Of a stretch of 64,000 bases of DNA, positions 10,751-19,975 are shown piece by piece. Under the pieces are notes generated by a model. It made no database searches. It was not told the DNA's origin and saw only the letters and a program-made list of their open reading frames with translations. The stretch is from Gemmatimonadota bacterium. GTDB taxonomy: Bacteria; Latescibacterota; UBA2968; UBA8231. Made by a program: the position numbers and the translations under genes. The number at the start of each line of letters is the position of its first letter. The stretch's first letter is position 1. The stretch spans positions 61,593-125,592 of the forward strand of contig VXML01000034.1 of assembly GCA_009841115.1 (NCBI GenBank), read 5' to 3'.

Positions 10751-12030
10751 TGCCCTAGCGGAAAGGCGATCACTTCGTCTAAGCAAGACGCGCCGGCAAC
10801 GATCATAACCAGCCGGTCCAATCCTAAGGCCACGCCACCAGCCGGTGGAATGCCTCGCTCCATAGCCGCGAGAAATGCCTCGTCGGCTGGAGCGCCCCTC
10901 GGTCGCGCGCTCCGCGCAAAGCGCTCGCGCTGTTGGGCGGGGTCGTTTAACTCTGTATAGCCGTTTGACAACTCCACTCCCCCCAAATACGCTTCCGTCC
11001 TCTCTGCTATGGCTGAATCACCTTCTTTTAGTTTGGCCAATGCGGCCAATTGCCGGGGATAATCGAAAAGGTGGATAGCTCCTAGTTTGGCCAGTTCTGG
11101 CTCGACGCTCTCCAGCAGAATTTTGTGATATAAGTCCTCCCAACTATCCTCTCGTCTAGCGCTACCATAGCCCAAGGCACGCGCACGGCGAAAAAGCGAT
11201 TCCGCATCTGTACAGGCATCCAAATCGACTGCGGCCCAGCGCGCAAAAGCATCGCGGACGCTGAGCCGCTCCCACGGCGGCTGCAAGTCGATCTCGCGCC
11301 CTGCTCGGACCACGCTCGACCGCCCCAAGACGCTTTTCGCCACATGCGATACCAAATCCTCGACATCGGCCATAATTTCCTCGTAACTGGCGTACGCCCG
11401 ATACCATTCGATTAGGGTAAACTCGGGATTGTGTTGCGGTCCCATCTCCCCATTGCGGTACGAGCGGCTGATCTGGTAAATCCGCTCAAAACCTACCCCT
11501 AGCAATCGCTTCATGTACAGTTCGGGCGAGGGAGCGAGGTAAAGCTGCTTTTGCGCCTTGTCGCCTTGGTACTCAGTGGCAAATAGCTGGATGTGTTCCT
11601 CTTGCGCCGAGGCGAGGACCAACGTGGGCGTCTCTACCGCGAGAAAGTCCGCATCCTTGAAAAAATCGCGGACGGCGTCTAATACCGCAGCCCGCACCCG
11701 CATATTCGCCCACAGTCCGTTGGCGTGGAACCGCGACCAATCTCCTTGATGCCATACTGCACTGCTGGGGGCTAATAATCGAACTTGAGTAGCGTCTATA
11801 ATACCTTCTACCACAATACCATACAGCTCAACTATATCACCGGCTTTTATCCCTGCTACCCGCGTTTTCACAACAAAATCAACCTCTCCACTCTCGTCTG
11901 CGATCCTCCCTCGACCTGCGGCGAAGTGGAGAAGCCTCCCTCGCACAGCCACTTCCCCAGTCGTGGTGGGTGCTGTGGCCACGGGCTGGTGTCGCCACAG
12001 CACCCGCGATGGATAATACCTAGCGTGCAT
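10747..12030 (-). CDS. Class II lysyl-tRNA-synthetase paralogue, EpmA/GenX-like (EF-P lysylation type) with an N-terminal OB-like domain
   Basis: Class II motif 2 region [30 protein letters not shown]. At 427 aa it is shorter than LysRS but longer than canonical EpmA. The N-terminal ~90 aa look like an OB fold ([10 protein letters not shown]...DIVELYGIV). Confidence 0.6.
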   Translation of the reverse strand: MHARYYPSRVLWRHQPVATAPTTTGEVAVRGRLLHFAAGRGRIADESGEVDFVVKTRVAGIKAGDIVELYGIVVEGIIDATQVRLLAPSSAVWHQGDWSRFHANGLWANMRVRAAVLDAVRDFFKDADFLAVETPTLVLASAQEEHIQLFATEYQGDKAQKQLYLAPSPELYMKRLLGVGFERIYQISRSYRNGEMGPQHNPEFTLIEWYRAYASYEEIMADVEDLVSHVAKSVLGRSSVVRAGREIDLQPPWERLSVRDAFARWAAVDLDACTDAESLFRRARALGYGSARREDSWEDLYHKILLESVEPELAKLGAIHLFDYPRQLAALAKLKEGDSAIAERTEAYLGGVELSNGYTELNDPAQQRERFARSARPRGAPADEAFLAAMERGIPPAGGVALGLDRLVMIVAGASCLDEVIAFPLGH

Positions 12031-12043
12031 GACACTTTTCTCA

Positions 12044-12086
12044 CAAAAAACCCTTCTCCTCCAGCGAACGCGCTAGTAGAGAAGGG
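12044..12086 (-). terminator. Rho-independent terminator after clpX
   Basis: On the minus strand: CCCTTCTC, an inner AGCG/CGCT stem, GAGAAGGG, then TTTTTTG. It lies 33 nt after the clpX stop. Confidence 0.6.
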
Positions 12087-12118
12087 ACCTAGTTAAAGCT
12101 CAACGCCCGGTCTGGGAA

Positions 12119-13345
12119 TCAAGCCCGCTTCTTGTTGTACACGAAGGTGGGCGGGGCCTTTTTTTGGATAAATTCCTTGGTAATGACGCATTCGGCGATG
12201 TCGTCTCGGGTCGGGAGCTCAAACATGATTTCAAACATGACGGTCTCTAAGACCGCCCGCAGACCACGCGCACCCATTTCCTTTTCTTGGGTTAGTTCGA
12301 CGACCTTGTACAGCGCCTCCTCTTCAAACCGCAGTGCAATACCGTCCATCTCAAACAGTTTCTGGTATTGCTTGATGAGTGCGTTCCGCGGTTTGAGCAG
12401 GATGTCCATTAGCACTTGATCGCTCAGGGGGTGCAAGACGCCCACCACTGGCAAGCGGCCAATCAGCTCGGGAATCAGGCCGTACTGGATCAATTCCTCG
12501 GGTTCGACCCGCGCCAACAGATTGGCCGCGCTCACTTCCTCGTGGTCGTCGAGGGAACTGCCAAAGCCCATGGACTTGGTTCCGATGCGCTGGCTGATAA
12601 TTCTATCTAGCCCATCGAAAGCCCCGCCGCAGATAAAGAGAATGTTTTTGGTGTTTATTTGCACCAAAGGCTGTTCGGGATGCTTGCGCCCTCCCTTTGG
12701 AGGCACCCCCGAGACGGTTCCCTCTAAGATCTTAAGGAGTTCCTGTTGGACACCTTCGCCTGAAACGTCGCGAGTTATGGAGGGATTACCGGATTTGCGG
12801 GCGACTTTGTCTAGCTCGTCGATAAACAAAATCCCGCGCTCGGCTTGTTTGACATCGTAATCCGCGGCTTGGAGGAGCCGCACGAGGATATTTTCCACGT
12901 CCTCGCCTACATACCCGGCCTCAGTAAGGACCGTAGCATCGACGATTGCGAAGGGCACTTGTAATATGCGCGCCAACGTCTCCGCCAAAAGCGTCTTACC
13001 CACTCCGGTGGGGCCGATAAGCAGGATATTGCTCTTGCTGAGCTGGACATCCCCAGCACCGGAATGCACCCGCTTGTAGTGGTTGTACACGGCGACCGAA
13101 AGCGCCTTTTTAGCGCGTTCTTGGCCGATAATGTGAGCGTCGAGATGGGCCTTGATTTCGGCCGGTTTAGGCAAAGGACGGCCATTGAGACTAGGCTCGT
13201 GCTTGTCGTCCTCTGACAGCCTCTCATTGCACAAGCCGATGCATTCACTGCATATATACACTGAGGGGCCCTGAATGATCTTCTCGACTTGGTCGCCCCC
13301 CTTGCCGCAGAACGAACAGGCTATATCGGACGTTTTTTTACCCAT
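12119..13345 (-). CDS. clpX: ATP-dependent Clp protease ATP-binding subunit ClpX
   Basis: N-terminal zinc finger CSFCGK...CSECI, Walker A GPTGVGKT, Walker B FIDELDK. Confidence 0.95.
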   Translation of the reverse strand: MGKKTSDIACSFCGKGGDQVEKIIQGPSVYICSECIGLCNERLSEDDKHEPSLNGRPLPKPAEIKAHLDAHIIGQERAKKALSVAVYNHYKRVHSGAGDVQLSKSNILLIGPTGVGKTLLAETLARILQVPFAIVDATVLTEAGYVGEDVENILVRLLQAADYDVKQAERGILFIDELDKVARKSGNPSITRDVSGEGVQQELLKILEGTVSGVPPKGGRKHPEQPLVQINTKNILFICGGAFDGLDRIISQRIGTKSMGFGSSLDDHEEVSAANLLARVEPEELIQYGLIPELIGRLPVVGVLHPLSDQVLMDILLKPRNALIKQYQKLFEMDGIALRFEEEALYKVVELTQEKEMGARGLRAVLETVMFEIMFELPTRDDIAECVITKEFIQKKAPPTFVYNKKRA

Positions 13346-13351
13346 CTTCTC

Positions 13352-14002
13352 CTACAGCCCGCCCTCGTCGTCCTGGGAGTCCGGGACACTGTCTGTACTC
13401 TCAGAAACATTAGAGACATCAGAGACATCAGAGACATCGCCGTCGGTGCTTTCGACCTCCTCGGTTTCGTCGGGGACCTCTGTCTCCTCGACCGAGTCCG
13501 CCTCCTCTTCGGCTTTGTCTTGGCCAGCCTTCATCACGTTGATGGCTTGGAATCCCTTGGCAGTGCGGGTCACCATGAACTCAACTTCGTCATCTTGGGT
13601 CAAAGTCCGGTCCCAAGATGAAATATCACGCCAATGGACAAAGACATCGACATGGCTGTCTGTAGAGATAAAACCATATCCCTTATCGTTGTTAAACCAC
13701 TTGACTATGCCACGAGTCCAGGTGTTTTCCGCCAAAGCGCGGCGTTCGTGCGGCGGGGGGCTGCTCTCTGCACTGCTGGGAAGCGGACGAGACGGCTGTT
13801 TCTTTCCTTCGCTCTCTAGAACGCGGGCGAGCAGGTCTTGCTTGAGCCCCTGGCCACCCTCGGCATCTTGGGTTATCCATTCGACAGCCGTCATCACACC
13901 TATGACGTAAGGACTATCGTTGCCGTAGAGCTTGCGGGCATCCCCGATGCGTTGAGCCAATTCGCTCACCGCCGTGCTTTCTAACTGTATTGAACTACCC
14001 AA
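13352..14002 (-). CDS. Cold-shock-domain protein with an unknown N-terminal domain and an acidic C-terminal tail
   Basis: Central CSD GIVKWFNNDKGYGFIS...DVFVHWRDI (RNP1/RNP2-like), a ~100-aa N-terminal extension, and a C-terminal D/E/S/V-rich tail. It ends 6 nt before the clpX start. Confidence 0.75.
   Translation of the reverse strand: MGSSIQLESTAVSELAQRIGDARKLYGNDSPYVIGVMTAVEWITQDAEGGQGLKQDLLARVLESEGKKQPSRPLPSSAESSPPPHERRALAENTWTRGIVKWFNNDKGYGFISTDSHVDVFVHWRDISSWDRTLTQDDEVEFMVTRTAKGFQAINVMKAGQDKAEEEADSVEETEVPDETEEVESTDGDVSDVSDVSNVSESTDSVPDSQDDEGGL
13403..13438. repeat. 9-bp tandem repeat inside the CSD-protein tail
   Basis: AGAGACATC occurs three times in perfect copies (13412-13438), preceded by a degenerate copy AGAAACATT. 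On the minus strand it encodes the DVS/NVS repeats. Confidence 0.8.
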
Positions 14003-14099
14003 TTAACGTTCCTCCTACCCCTTAAAGGGCCTTAAGTACCTCGTACCGTAGCTTGAGATGTAAGGTGTAGTTAAGCAAAATATAGATGGGTTTGTCAAC

Positions 14100-15482
14100 C
14101 TATCTCAATCGGTATTGCTTGACCCCTTCGTAGATGGTTTGGCCACTTACTTTCGCGATGCCCGTCAGCGGCACGGCGATCAGCATCCCGACGATGCCCA
14201 TCAACTGGCTCCCCACCATGACGACAAAAAGGACGACCAACGGGTGCAACTCGACGCTTTTGGCCACCATCGTGGGTTGAATGAGTACGTTGTCGATCAG
14301 TTGAATAACCAAAAACATGACGATCACTTTGGCCACCATCGCCAAGCCACCGCCAGTGGCCAAGGCCACAATCGAAGAACAGACGATCCCGATCAATGGC
14401 CCGAGAAACGGGATTACGTTGGCCAATCCGGCGAGCAGCCCCAAAGGCAGGGCATAATAGACGCCAAGAATGGACAAGCCGCTAATCGCGAGTACCGATA
14501 CGACGAGGACGGCCAAAAGCTGGCCACGAATGTAATTCCCGATCTGCCTATTGGCTTGGTACATTAGGTTTAGGCACAATTCAAAATAGGCGTTGGGAAC
14601 CAGTGCCATCAGGCATCGCGTCAAGCGCCGTCCTTCTTTGAGAAAGAAAAAGGCCACAAACGGCACGATCACCACAAAAGTAAGGCCCGAGATCACGCCC
14701 TCGATAAACAGCGTAGTGCCTCCCAACATGGTCCTCATCAGCCGCTCGCCATGCTCCCTAATCAACTCGGCGAGGCGGAAATCGCTTCCTAAATAGGGCT
14801 GTAACATGGGCTCAATTTTTGCAGCTCTGGTGCTGGTTTCCGCCAAGATCCTATCGCCGATTTCCACCAAGACGTTGGGGTCGGCCTCGCCAAAGCCAAT
14901 ATCGGCACGCGAAAACACAACAGAACCCGACTTACCGGCTTGGCCTCCTGCGACCACACCGCCATTGCCGTGGACGCTAATGCGCTGACTGTGCTCATCT
15001 TGGCCCTGCGAGTACACAATCAAGAGCGCGTTTGCAGCCGGTGCTTGGTCATTGGGCACAAAGCGCAGCAGAACGGCTAACTCCTCCATGGGGGCGATCT
15101 CGAGCGGCCAGCGGTGTTCTTCCCTTAGGACAAACGGCTGGTCCCGCGAATCGTCTTCCCAAACCATTCCGTGGATGATTAGAGGTTGGTCGCCGGTGTT
15201 GGCGATGGTAAAAACCCTATCTACCGTTTCTCCAGCCAGCTTGTCTCCAACCTTGAATGCGCCTAGCCCCAAGCCCGCAAAAACGAGCGAAAAGACGAGC
15301 AGAGTACTCCAAGCTCGCCCCAAGCCTCTTCTCTCCATCCAATCGATGATTGGGTAGAGGACATAGGCCAAGATAAAAGCCAAAACAAAAGGCGTGAGGA
15401 TGCCGCGAATCTCATATACAAACCATCCGCCGACCGCTATGGCCACCAAGGCGAGTATTACTTTAACTTGCCAATTCATCAT
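14100..15482 (-). CDS. AI-2E family transporter (PerM/YhhT, UPF0118) with an inserted beta-rich extracytoplasmic domain
   Basis: C-terminal core IRGQLLAVLVVSVL...LANVIPFLGPLIG is typical of AI-2E. An insertion of ~110-130 aa follows TM2 (VFTIANTGDQPLIIHG...LEIAPMEELAVLLRFVP...LLIVYS...ISVHGNG). It resembles DUF1573/PapD-like Ig folds. Confidence 0.75.
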   Translation of the reverse strand: MMNWQVKVILALVAIAVGGWFVYEIRGILTPFVLAFILAYVLYPIIDWMERRGLGRAWSTLLVFSLVFAGLGLGAFKVGDKLAGETVDRVFTIANTGDQPLIIHGMVWEDDSRDQPFVLREEHRWPLEIAPMEELAVLLRFVPNDQAPAANALLIVYSQGQDEHSQRISVHGNGGVVAGGQAGKSGSVVFSRADIGFGEADPNVLVEIGDRILAETSTRAAKIEPMLQPYLGSDFRLAELIREHGERLMRTMLGGTTLFIEGVISGLTFVVIVPFVAFFFLKEGRRLTRCLMALVPNAYFELCLNLMYQANRQIGNYIRGQLLAVLVVSVLAISGLSILGVYYALPLGLLAGLANVIPFLGPLIGIVCSSIVALATGGGLAMVAKVIVMFLVIQLIDNVLIQPTMVAKSVELHPLVVLFVVMVGSQLMGIVGMLIAVPLTGIAKVSGQTIYEGVKQYRLR

Positions 15483-16057
15483 TGAATACTGCCCGCGCGC
15501 CGCGCCCCTTTTAACAGGCGCTCAGAGTCGCTCAACTGCGCCGAGAGTTTCTCTATGACTTCGAGTAGGTCAGTCGAGATGGCTTGCGCCAAGCCTTCGA
15601 CAATCTTCAAGGCGAGCGGCAGATTGGTATCTATGAGTTCGAGTAAGTCGGGGCGGCAAAAAACGAGGAGACTACAGGGTTGGAGGGCGTAAGCTGAAGC
15701 GGGGCGCGGCGATTGATCGACAAGGGCCTGGGCACCAAAAAAATTCCCCTGGGTTAAGGTGGCTAGCTGCTTCTCAAACCCATCATCGCCCATCTGTACG
15801 ATCCGTATTTGGCCGGAGGCAACGATGTACATCCCCATCCCGGGGTCTCCTTGGTTGATAATCGCCTCCCCAGCGCGCCAATCCCGCGGCCCGTAGAGCA
15901 TCTCTTCTATCTTGTGCAGCTCGCGCTCGCTTAGTTCCTGAAAAATGGGCACTTTCTGCAAGAGCTTGCAGGCGGCGGTCTCTTCCTCCTTGCGGCTGCT
16001 CCTTACGCGCTCTTGCAGACGACGAAAGACATGCCTCCAGAGAGGATCAGACGGCAT
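15479..16057 (-). CDS. Cyclic-nucleotide-binding domain protein
   Basis: cNMP-binding beta-barrel signature (GEAIINQGDPGMGMYIVASGQIRI ... FFGAQALV...PRPASAYA). There is no HTH. Its stop overlaps the transporter start (ATGA). Confidence 0.75.
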   Translation of the reverse strand: MPSDPLWRHVFRRLQERVRSSRKEEETAACKLLQKVPIFQELSERELHKIEEMLYGPRDWRAGEAIINQGDPGMGMYIVASGQIRIVQMGDDGFEKQLATLTQGNFFGAQALVDQSPRPASAYALQPCSLLVFCRPDLLELIDTNLPLALKIVEGLAQAISTDLLEVIEKLSAQLSDSERLLKGARRAGSIQ

Positions 16058-16112
16058 GTGCTTAGCACTCCCGCTTAGACAGACAACGCCCCACGCCCGC
16101 TCGTCCGCACAA

Positions 16113-16439
16113 TTAGGCCAAGGCGGCCTCTAGCTTTTCGGTGATTTGCCCTTTGGGGACGGCACCAATAATCTGGTCGGCGACTTTACCCTCCTTGAAA
16201 ATGAGCAAGGTAGGAATGCTGCGGATACCGAAGTCGGCCGCTGTTTTCTGGGCCGCGTCGACGTCCAATTTGCCCACTTTGGCCCGGCCTTCGTATTCGC
16301 TGCTCAATTCTTGGACAATCGGCGCGATCATTCGGCACGGCCCGCACCACGTCGCCCAAAAATCCACGAGTACGGGCTGGCTGGCGTTGAGGACTTCGGA
16401 GTTGAAATTGTCATCGGTTAAGACGATAGGTTCGCTCAC
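16113..16439 (-). CDS. trxA: Thioredoxin
   Basis: 108 aa with the WCGPC active site and VLVDFWATWCGPCRMIAP. Confidence 0.95.
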   Translation of the reverse strand: MSEPIVLTDDNFNSEVLNASQPVLVDFWATWCGPCRMIAPIVQELSSEYEGRAKVGKLDVDAAQKTAADFGIRSIPTLLIFKEGKVADQIIGAVPKGQITEKLEAALA

Positions 16440-16538
16440 GATAGATCATCCTTTGCTTGTTAGTTTATACTTTTCAATATGTTACAAACACAACACCTTG
16501 TGTTTCAATTATAGTTGTGGCACTACCCATTGTCAAGC

Positions 16539-17558
16539 TCAGTGCTTCCTGCATAACTTGCTCATCAGCAGATCCAAAACCAGATGCTCTTGGCGTCGTC
16601 CCTGCGATTTCAGACGCCAATCGGCTTCGCTCAAGGCGCTCAACCCCGCCCACAACCAAGCGGCAGAGCGGCGCTGGGCCTGCTCCAAATACCCGGGCAA
16701 AAAGAACGGCGCAACCCCCAATTCAGCGGCCATTTTGTCGCGTGGTAGCGACTGGTCTATTAGCCCCTTAGCCTTGAGCAAAAGTTGGAAGTGGCGGGTG
16801 ACCATGGCTATGGCGCGAGTTGGCTCTTCTCCTTGGCTGAGGAACTTTTGCATCAGCTTTTGCGCTAGCTTGCCCTGCCCTTTGCCGAGGGCATCGGCGA
16901 GTTCGAACACGCTAGCCCCGCGCGTGATGCCAGCGACTTGTTCGACCGCAGAGGCGGTGATCGACTGGCCCACCCCGACAAAACTAACCAACTTTTCTAT
17001 CTCGCTGACCAATTCGCGCGGCTTGGCCCCTACGTACTGGCTGAGTAGCTGGACGGCCGCAGGCTCGATCTGCACCTCCTGACGCTTGGCGTACCGCTGT
17101 ATCCACTGCGGAACTTGGTTGTCGTAGGGCGGCTTAAATTCTAGCGCGCGACCTCGTCGCGAAAGTTCGCGAAAGAACTTGCGCCGCATATCGACTTTTT
17201 GGCCCACTACTAGGAGGCGACTGGTCTCCACCGGAGTTGCAAATACGCGCTCCAAGCCGCGACACTGGTCGGTCGTCAGAGCCTCGGCATCGCGCAGCAC
17301 AATCAGCCGACTCTCGGCCATCATAGGATAGGTCTCATAGACCTGAAAAAAATCTAGTACCTCTAGGCGCTCAGTCCTCAGTACGTCGAGATTAAAATCC
17401 CGCGTCTGAACTGGCACCAAAGCTTCGATCATAGACGCGACCAAAGCTTCGCGCTCGTATTCCTCGTCCCCGTGCAGCAAATAAAAAGGCCAAATATCCC
17501 CCTTGGCGATTTCGGCTAGCAGTGCAGCGGGACTTAGCCCTTTGGCTCTCTTAGCCAC
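16539..17558 (-). CDS. holA: DNA polymerase III delta subunit
   Basis: HolA-like N-terminus (PFYLLHGDEEYERE) and overall length. The start is placed at the GTG at 17558, which overlaps the stop of the upstream small ORF (GTGGCTAA). The maximal ORF extends to 17651. Confidence 0.7.
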   Translation of the reverse strand: MAKRAKGLSPAALLAEIAKGDIWPFYLLHGDEEYEREALVASMIEALVPVQTRDFNLDVLRTERLEVLDFFQVYETYPMMAESRLIVLRDAEALTTDQCRGLERVFATPVETSRLLVVGQKVDMRRKFFRELSRRGRALEFKPPYDNQVPQWIQRYAKRQEVQIEPAAVQLLSQYVGAKPRELVSEIEKLVSFVGVGQSITASAVEQVAGITRGASVFELADALGKGQGKLAQKLMQKFLSQGEEPTRAIAMVTRHFQLLLKAKGLIDQSLPRDKMAAELGVAPFFLPGYLEQAQRRSAAWLWAGLSALSEADWRLKSQGRRQEHLVLDLLMSKLCRKH

Positions 17559-17745
17559 GATCTTTGCGTTCGACCTCTTCTTCGTCCAATATGCTGTATT
17601 CGGCCTCAGCGACGCGGCTTGGATCAATGCTGCTGCGTTGGTTGGACGCACCTCGGCGAGGACCGCTTTTTAGCTGCCGGTACACAGCGTAACACAGCAA
17701 CACGATCGCCGTCGCCAACAGCAGTTTGAAAAACACGAACACCAT
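17551..17745 (-). CDS. Small single-pass membrane protein
   Basis: 64-aa ORF with a hydrophobic N-terminal helix (VFVFFKLLLATAIVLLCYAVY) and an acidic tail. It appears translationally coupled to holA. No family recognised. Confidence 0.4.
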   Translation of the reverse strand: MVFVFFKLLLATAIVLLCYAVYRQLKSGPRRGASNQRSSIDPSRVAEAEYSILDEEEVERKDRG

Positions 17746-17783
17746 GGTTTATTCGTTCCTTCTTTTTACCCTAGAATTTAACA

Positions 17784-17813
17784 CAAAAAGCTCCCCCTGT
17801 TACCGGGGGAGCT
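17784..17813 (-). terminator. Rho-independent terminator after the lipoprotein gene
   Basis: On the minus strand: AGCTCCCCC-GGTAACA-GGGGGAGCT followed by TTTTTG. Confidence 0.65.
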
Positions 17814-17842
17814 CTACGCAATGCAGCGAGCGGCAGACTCGA

Positions 17843-18295
17843 CTATTCCACGGCTTCCCACTTGAGCGGGAAGGGTTCGGTCTTGCCGGCCCTCTGCCAC
17901 ATCAGCTCTAGGTTGCCATATATCTTGGTGAATTCGTCTTCGAGGCGTCCAATGCTCTTTTGGGCATTAGGCACAAAGGTCGGGAAGTCCGGCTCGACCA
18001 GCTTGCGCATCGCCGCCTTTATGGCCCGCTTCATGGCGTTGTGCAAGGCCCGAAGGCGCTTGTCTTCGAGTTCCACCTTTTCCAGTTCGTCGAGCAAGTT
18101 TTGCATGACCTGCTCGACGTCGTGGGCCTGAGAGGTCATGCCCTCGGTGGTTAGGTACTTCTGATAGCGCATTAGCTGTTGGCTATGGCTTTCCAAGCCC
18201 TGCAAAGTTTGGATATAAGGAGTTAACTCATCTCTTTTTTCCCCACAGGCCAAAAGCCCGCTGACGAGCGCGAATAGGATTAAATTTTTATGCAT
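17843..18295 (-). CDS. Lipoprotein, helical, unknown function
   Basis: Start trimmed to MHKNLILFALVSGLLACGE (lipobox LLAC), preceded by GGAGGAG. The remainder is predicted to be helical. Confidence 0.6.
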   Translation of the reverse strand: MHKNLILFALVSGLLACGEKRDELTPYIQTLQGLESHSQQLMRYQKYLTTEGMTSQAHDVEQVMQNLLDELEKVELEDKRLRALHNAMKRAIKAAMRKLVEPDFPTFVPNAQKSIGRLEDEFTKIYGNLELMWQRAGKTEPFPLKWEAVE

Positions 18296-18341
18296 GGTCT
18301 CCTCCATTTTCCCAAAGACATTACTACCTATAAGCCTCAAC

Positions 18342-19202
18342 CTAATAATCTGTCGGATATGCGTCAAATGAATGGCGGCGGCGATAGAGCACCGCGTTCA
18401 ATTCGCCGCCCAAAAGTAATGAAAAAGCCAGCAAGTACGCGGACAGCAAGAGGATGATGGCAGTCCCGAGCACGCCATAAATGATATTGTAATAGCTAAA
18501 CCGCTCGATGTAATCCAAGGCAATGGCGATAACCCCGGCCAGCCCAGAAGACATCACACTCCCCGGCAACACGTCCAACCAGCGCAGGCGCACGGCGGGC
18601 ATGATGTAGTAAATACAGGCGGTCGTAGCGACCATGCCGATCACGACCACTGCGCGCCTCAACAAGGCTACCAACGGAGAAAAATGTGAGGAAGCCCAAT
18701 AGCCTCGCAGCCAGCTCTCGACGTGTTCGCCGAATATAATGAGATTAAAGAAAAAAACGAAAGAAATTCCCAAGATGACGATTAAGGCGAGCGAAAGAAT
18801 GCGCCGCTTGTAAAAGGACCGATGTTCTTGCACGCCGTAGGCTCGGTTGAGCGCCATCATCGTCGTGGACATGCTGGCCGACGCCGGCCAGATGACGCCT
18901 AAGAACCCGATGACGAACAAACTTTGCGACGAGAGAAAGCTGATATTGTCTTCGACGGCCTCCAGCAGCGGAACGGGGATGACAATGCCCAAAATTTCGA
19001 GTACTGTGATGAAATCCTCCGACGATATGCCCAAGAATCCCAACAGGGCCGTCAGAACGAGAATGCCCGGGAAAATGGCAAATATAAAGTCAAAAGCCAT
19101 GGCCGGGGCCGCAGTCGTGCAATCGTGGCGGTACGTCGCCACCACGGCATCGCGGCCAACTGCTAGACAGAAGGCGATCCGGCTTCTAAGCGCGTCTATC
19201 AC
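18342..19202 (-). CDS. YihY/BrkB (virulence factor BrkB / RNase BN-like) family membrane protein
   Basis: AMAFDFIFAIFPGILVL matches the family N-terminal motif, and the protein is multi-TM. The start is set at GTG 19202 to avoid overlap with the upstream IMPase gene. Confidence 0.65.
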   Translation of the reverse strand: MIDALRSRIAFCLAVGRDAVVATYRHDCTTAAPAMAFDFIFAIFPGILVLTALLGFLGISSEDFITVLEILGIVIPVPLLEAVEDNISFLSSQSLFVIGFLGVIWPASASMSTTMMALNRAYGVQEHRSFYKRRILSLALIVILGISFVFFFNLIIFGEHVESWLRGYWASSHFSPLVALLRRAVVVIGMVATTACIYYIMPAVRLRWLDVLPGSVMSSGLAGVIAIALDYIERFSYYNIIYGVLGTAIILLLSAYLLAFSLLLGGELNAVLYRRRHSFDAYPTDY

Positions 19203-19207
19203 TGCCG

Positions 19208-19975
19208 CTAATCCAGATGCTCCATGATGGACGCAAATAGGTACCCGTTGGAGGAAAAGGCGTCTTTGCCGTATATCGTCGGCACCCCCTGCCAATCCGT
19301 AAAGGTGCCACCAGCTTCCTGTAGAATCGGCAACAGTGGTCCGCAATCCCACGGATTCATAATGGGGTCAAAACTGGCCTCGGCTCGGCCGGTGGCCACG
19401 AGTATGTGGCCGTAACAATCGCCCCATCCCCGGCGCAGCCGAGTGCTGGCGACCAGCTTCTGCCACTCCTGTTCGCGGCCTTGTTCGGCGAAGCTCGGCC
19501 ACGACGTATAGCAAATGCAGGCTTGGCCTAACTCAGCTACCGAGGACACTGCCGCCCGCCGACCATTCCACCAACAACCTTCGCCCCTAGCGGCCCACAC
19601 CATCTCGTCAAGGGCCGGCATGTAGCAACAGCCCACGTCAACCCCATCGGACCCTTCCCGCGCGATAAGTACTCCGTAGAGCGGCACCCCTTGGACAAAG
19701 GATTTCGTCCCGTCAATGGGATCAATAATCCAGCGCGTACCGGAGCTTCCCTCGACCCGGCCAAATTCCTCGCCGACAATCCCATCGTCGGGATAGGCCC
19801 GGGCCAACAAGTCCCGTATCTTGGCCTCGGCTTCGCGGTCGGCGACGGTCACCGGCGATAGGTCTTCCTTCCACTCAGCGTGGATGCCCGATTGGAAGTA
19901 GCGCAAAGTGATCTTGCCCGCTTGCCAAGCCGCATCTACTGCAAAATCCAAGCAACTCCGCAGCGACGCGCTCAA
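19208..19975 (-). CDS. Inositol monophosphatase family protein (SuhB/HisN-like)
   Basis: Motifs GEEFG, WIIDPIDGTKSF and WDCGPLLPILQEAGG. Confidence 0.85.
   Translation of the reverse strand: MSASLRSCLDFAVDAAWQAGKITLRYFQSGIHAEWKEDLSPVTVADREAEAKIRDLLARAYPDDGIVGEEFGRVEGSSGTRWIIDPIDGTKSFVQGVPLYGVLIAREGSDGVDVGCCYMPALDEMVWAARGEGCWWNGRRAAVSSVAELGQACICYTSWPSFAEQGREQEWQKLVASTRLRRGWGDCYGHILVATGRAEASFDPIMNPWDCGPLLPILQEAGGTFTDWQGVPTIYGKDAFSSNGYLFASIMEHLD

Noticed and set aside
13403-13438. Possible CRISPR or minisatellite signal (also considered for 8129-8175)
   Set aside because: The units are 9 bp and 17 bp, with only 3-4 and 2 copies respectively. One lies inside a CDS. There are no spacers of CRISPR size and no cas genes.
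16141-17082. 313-aa plus-strand ORF antisense to trxA and holA
   Set aside because: Its composition is Ser/Pro/Arg/Ala/Trp-rich with no motifs, and it fully overlaps two well-supported minus-strand genes. This is a typical shadow ORF in GC-rich DNA.
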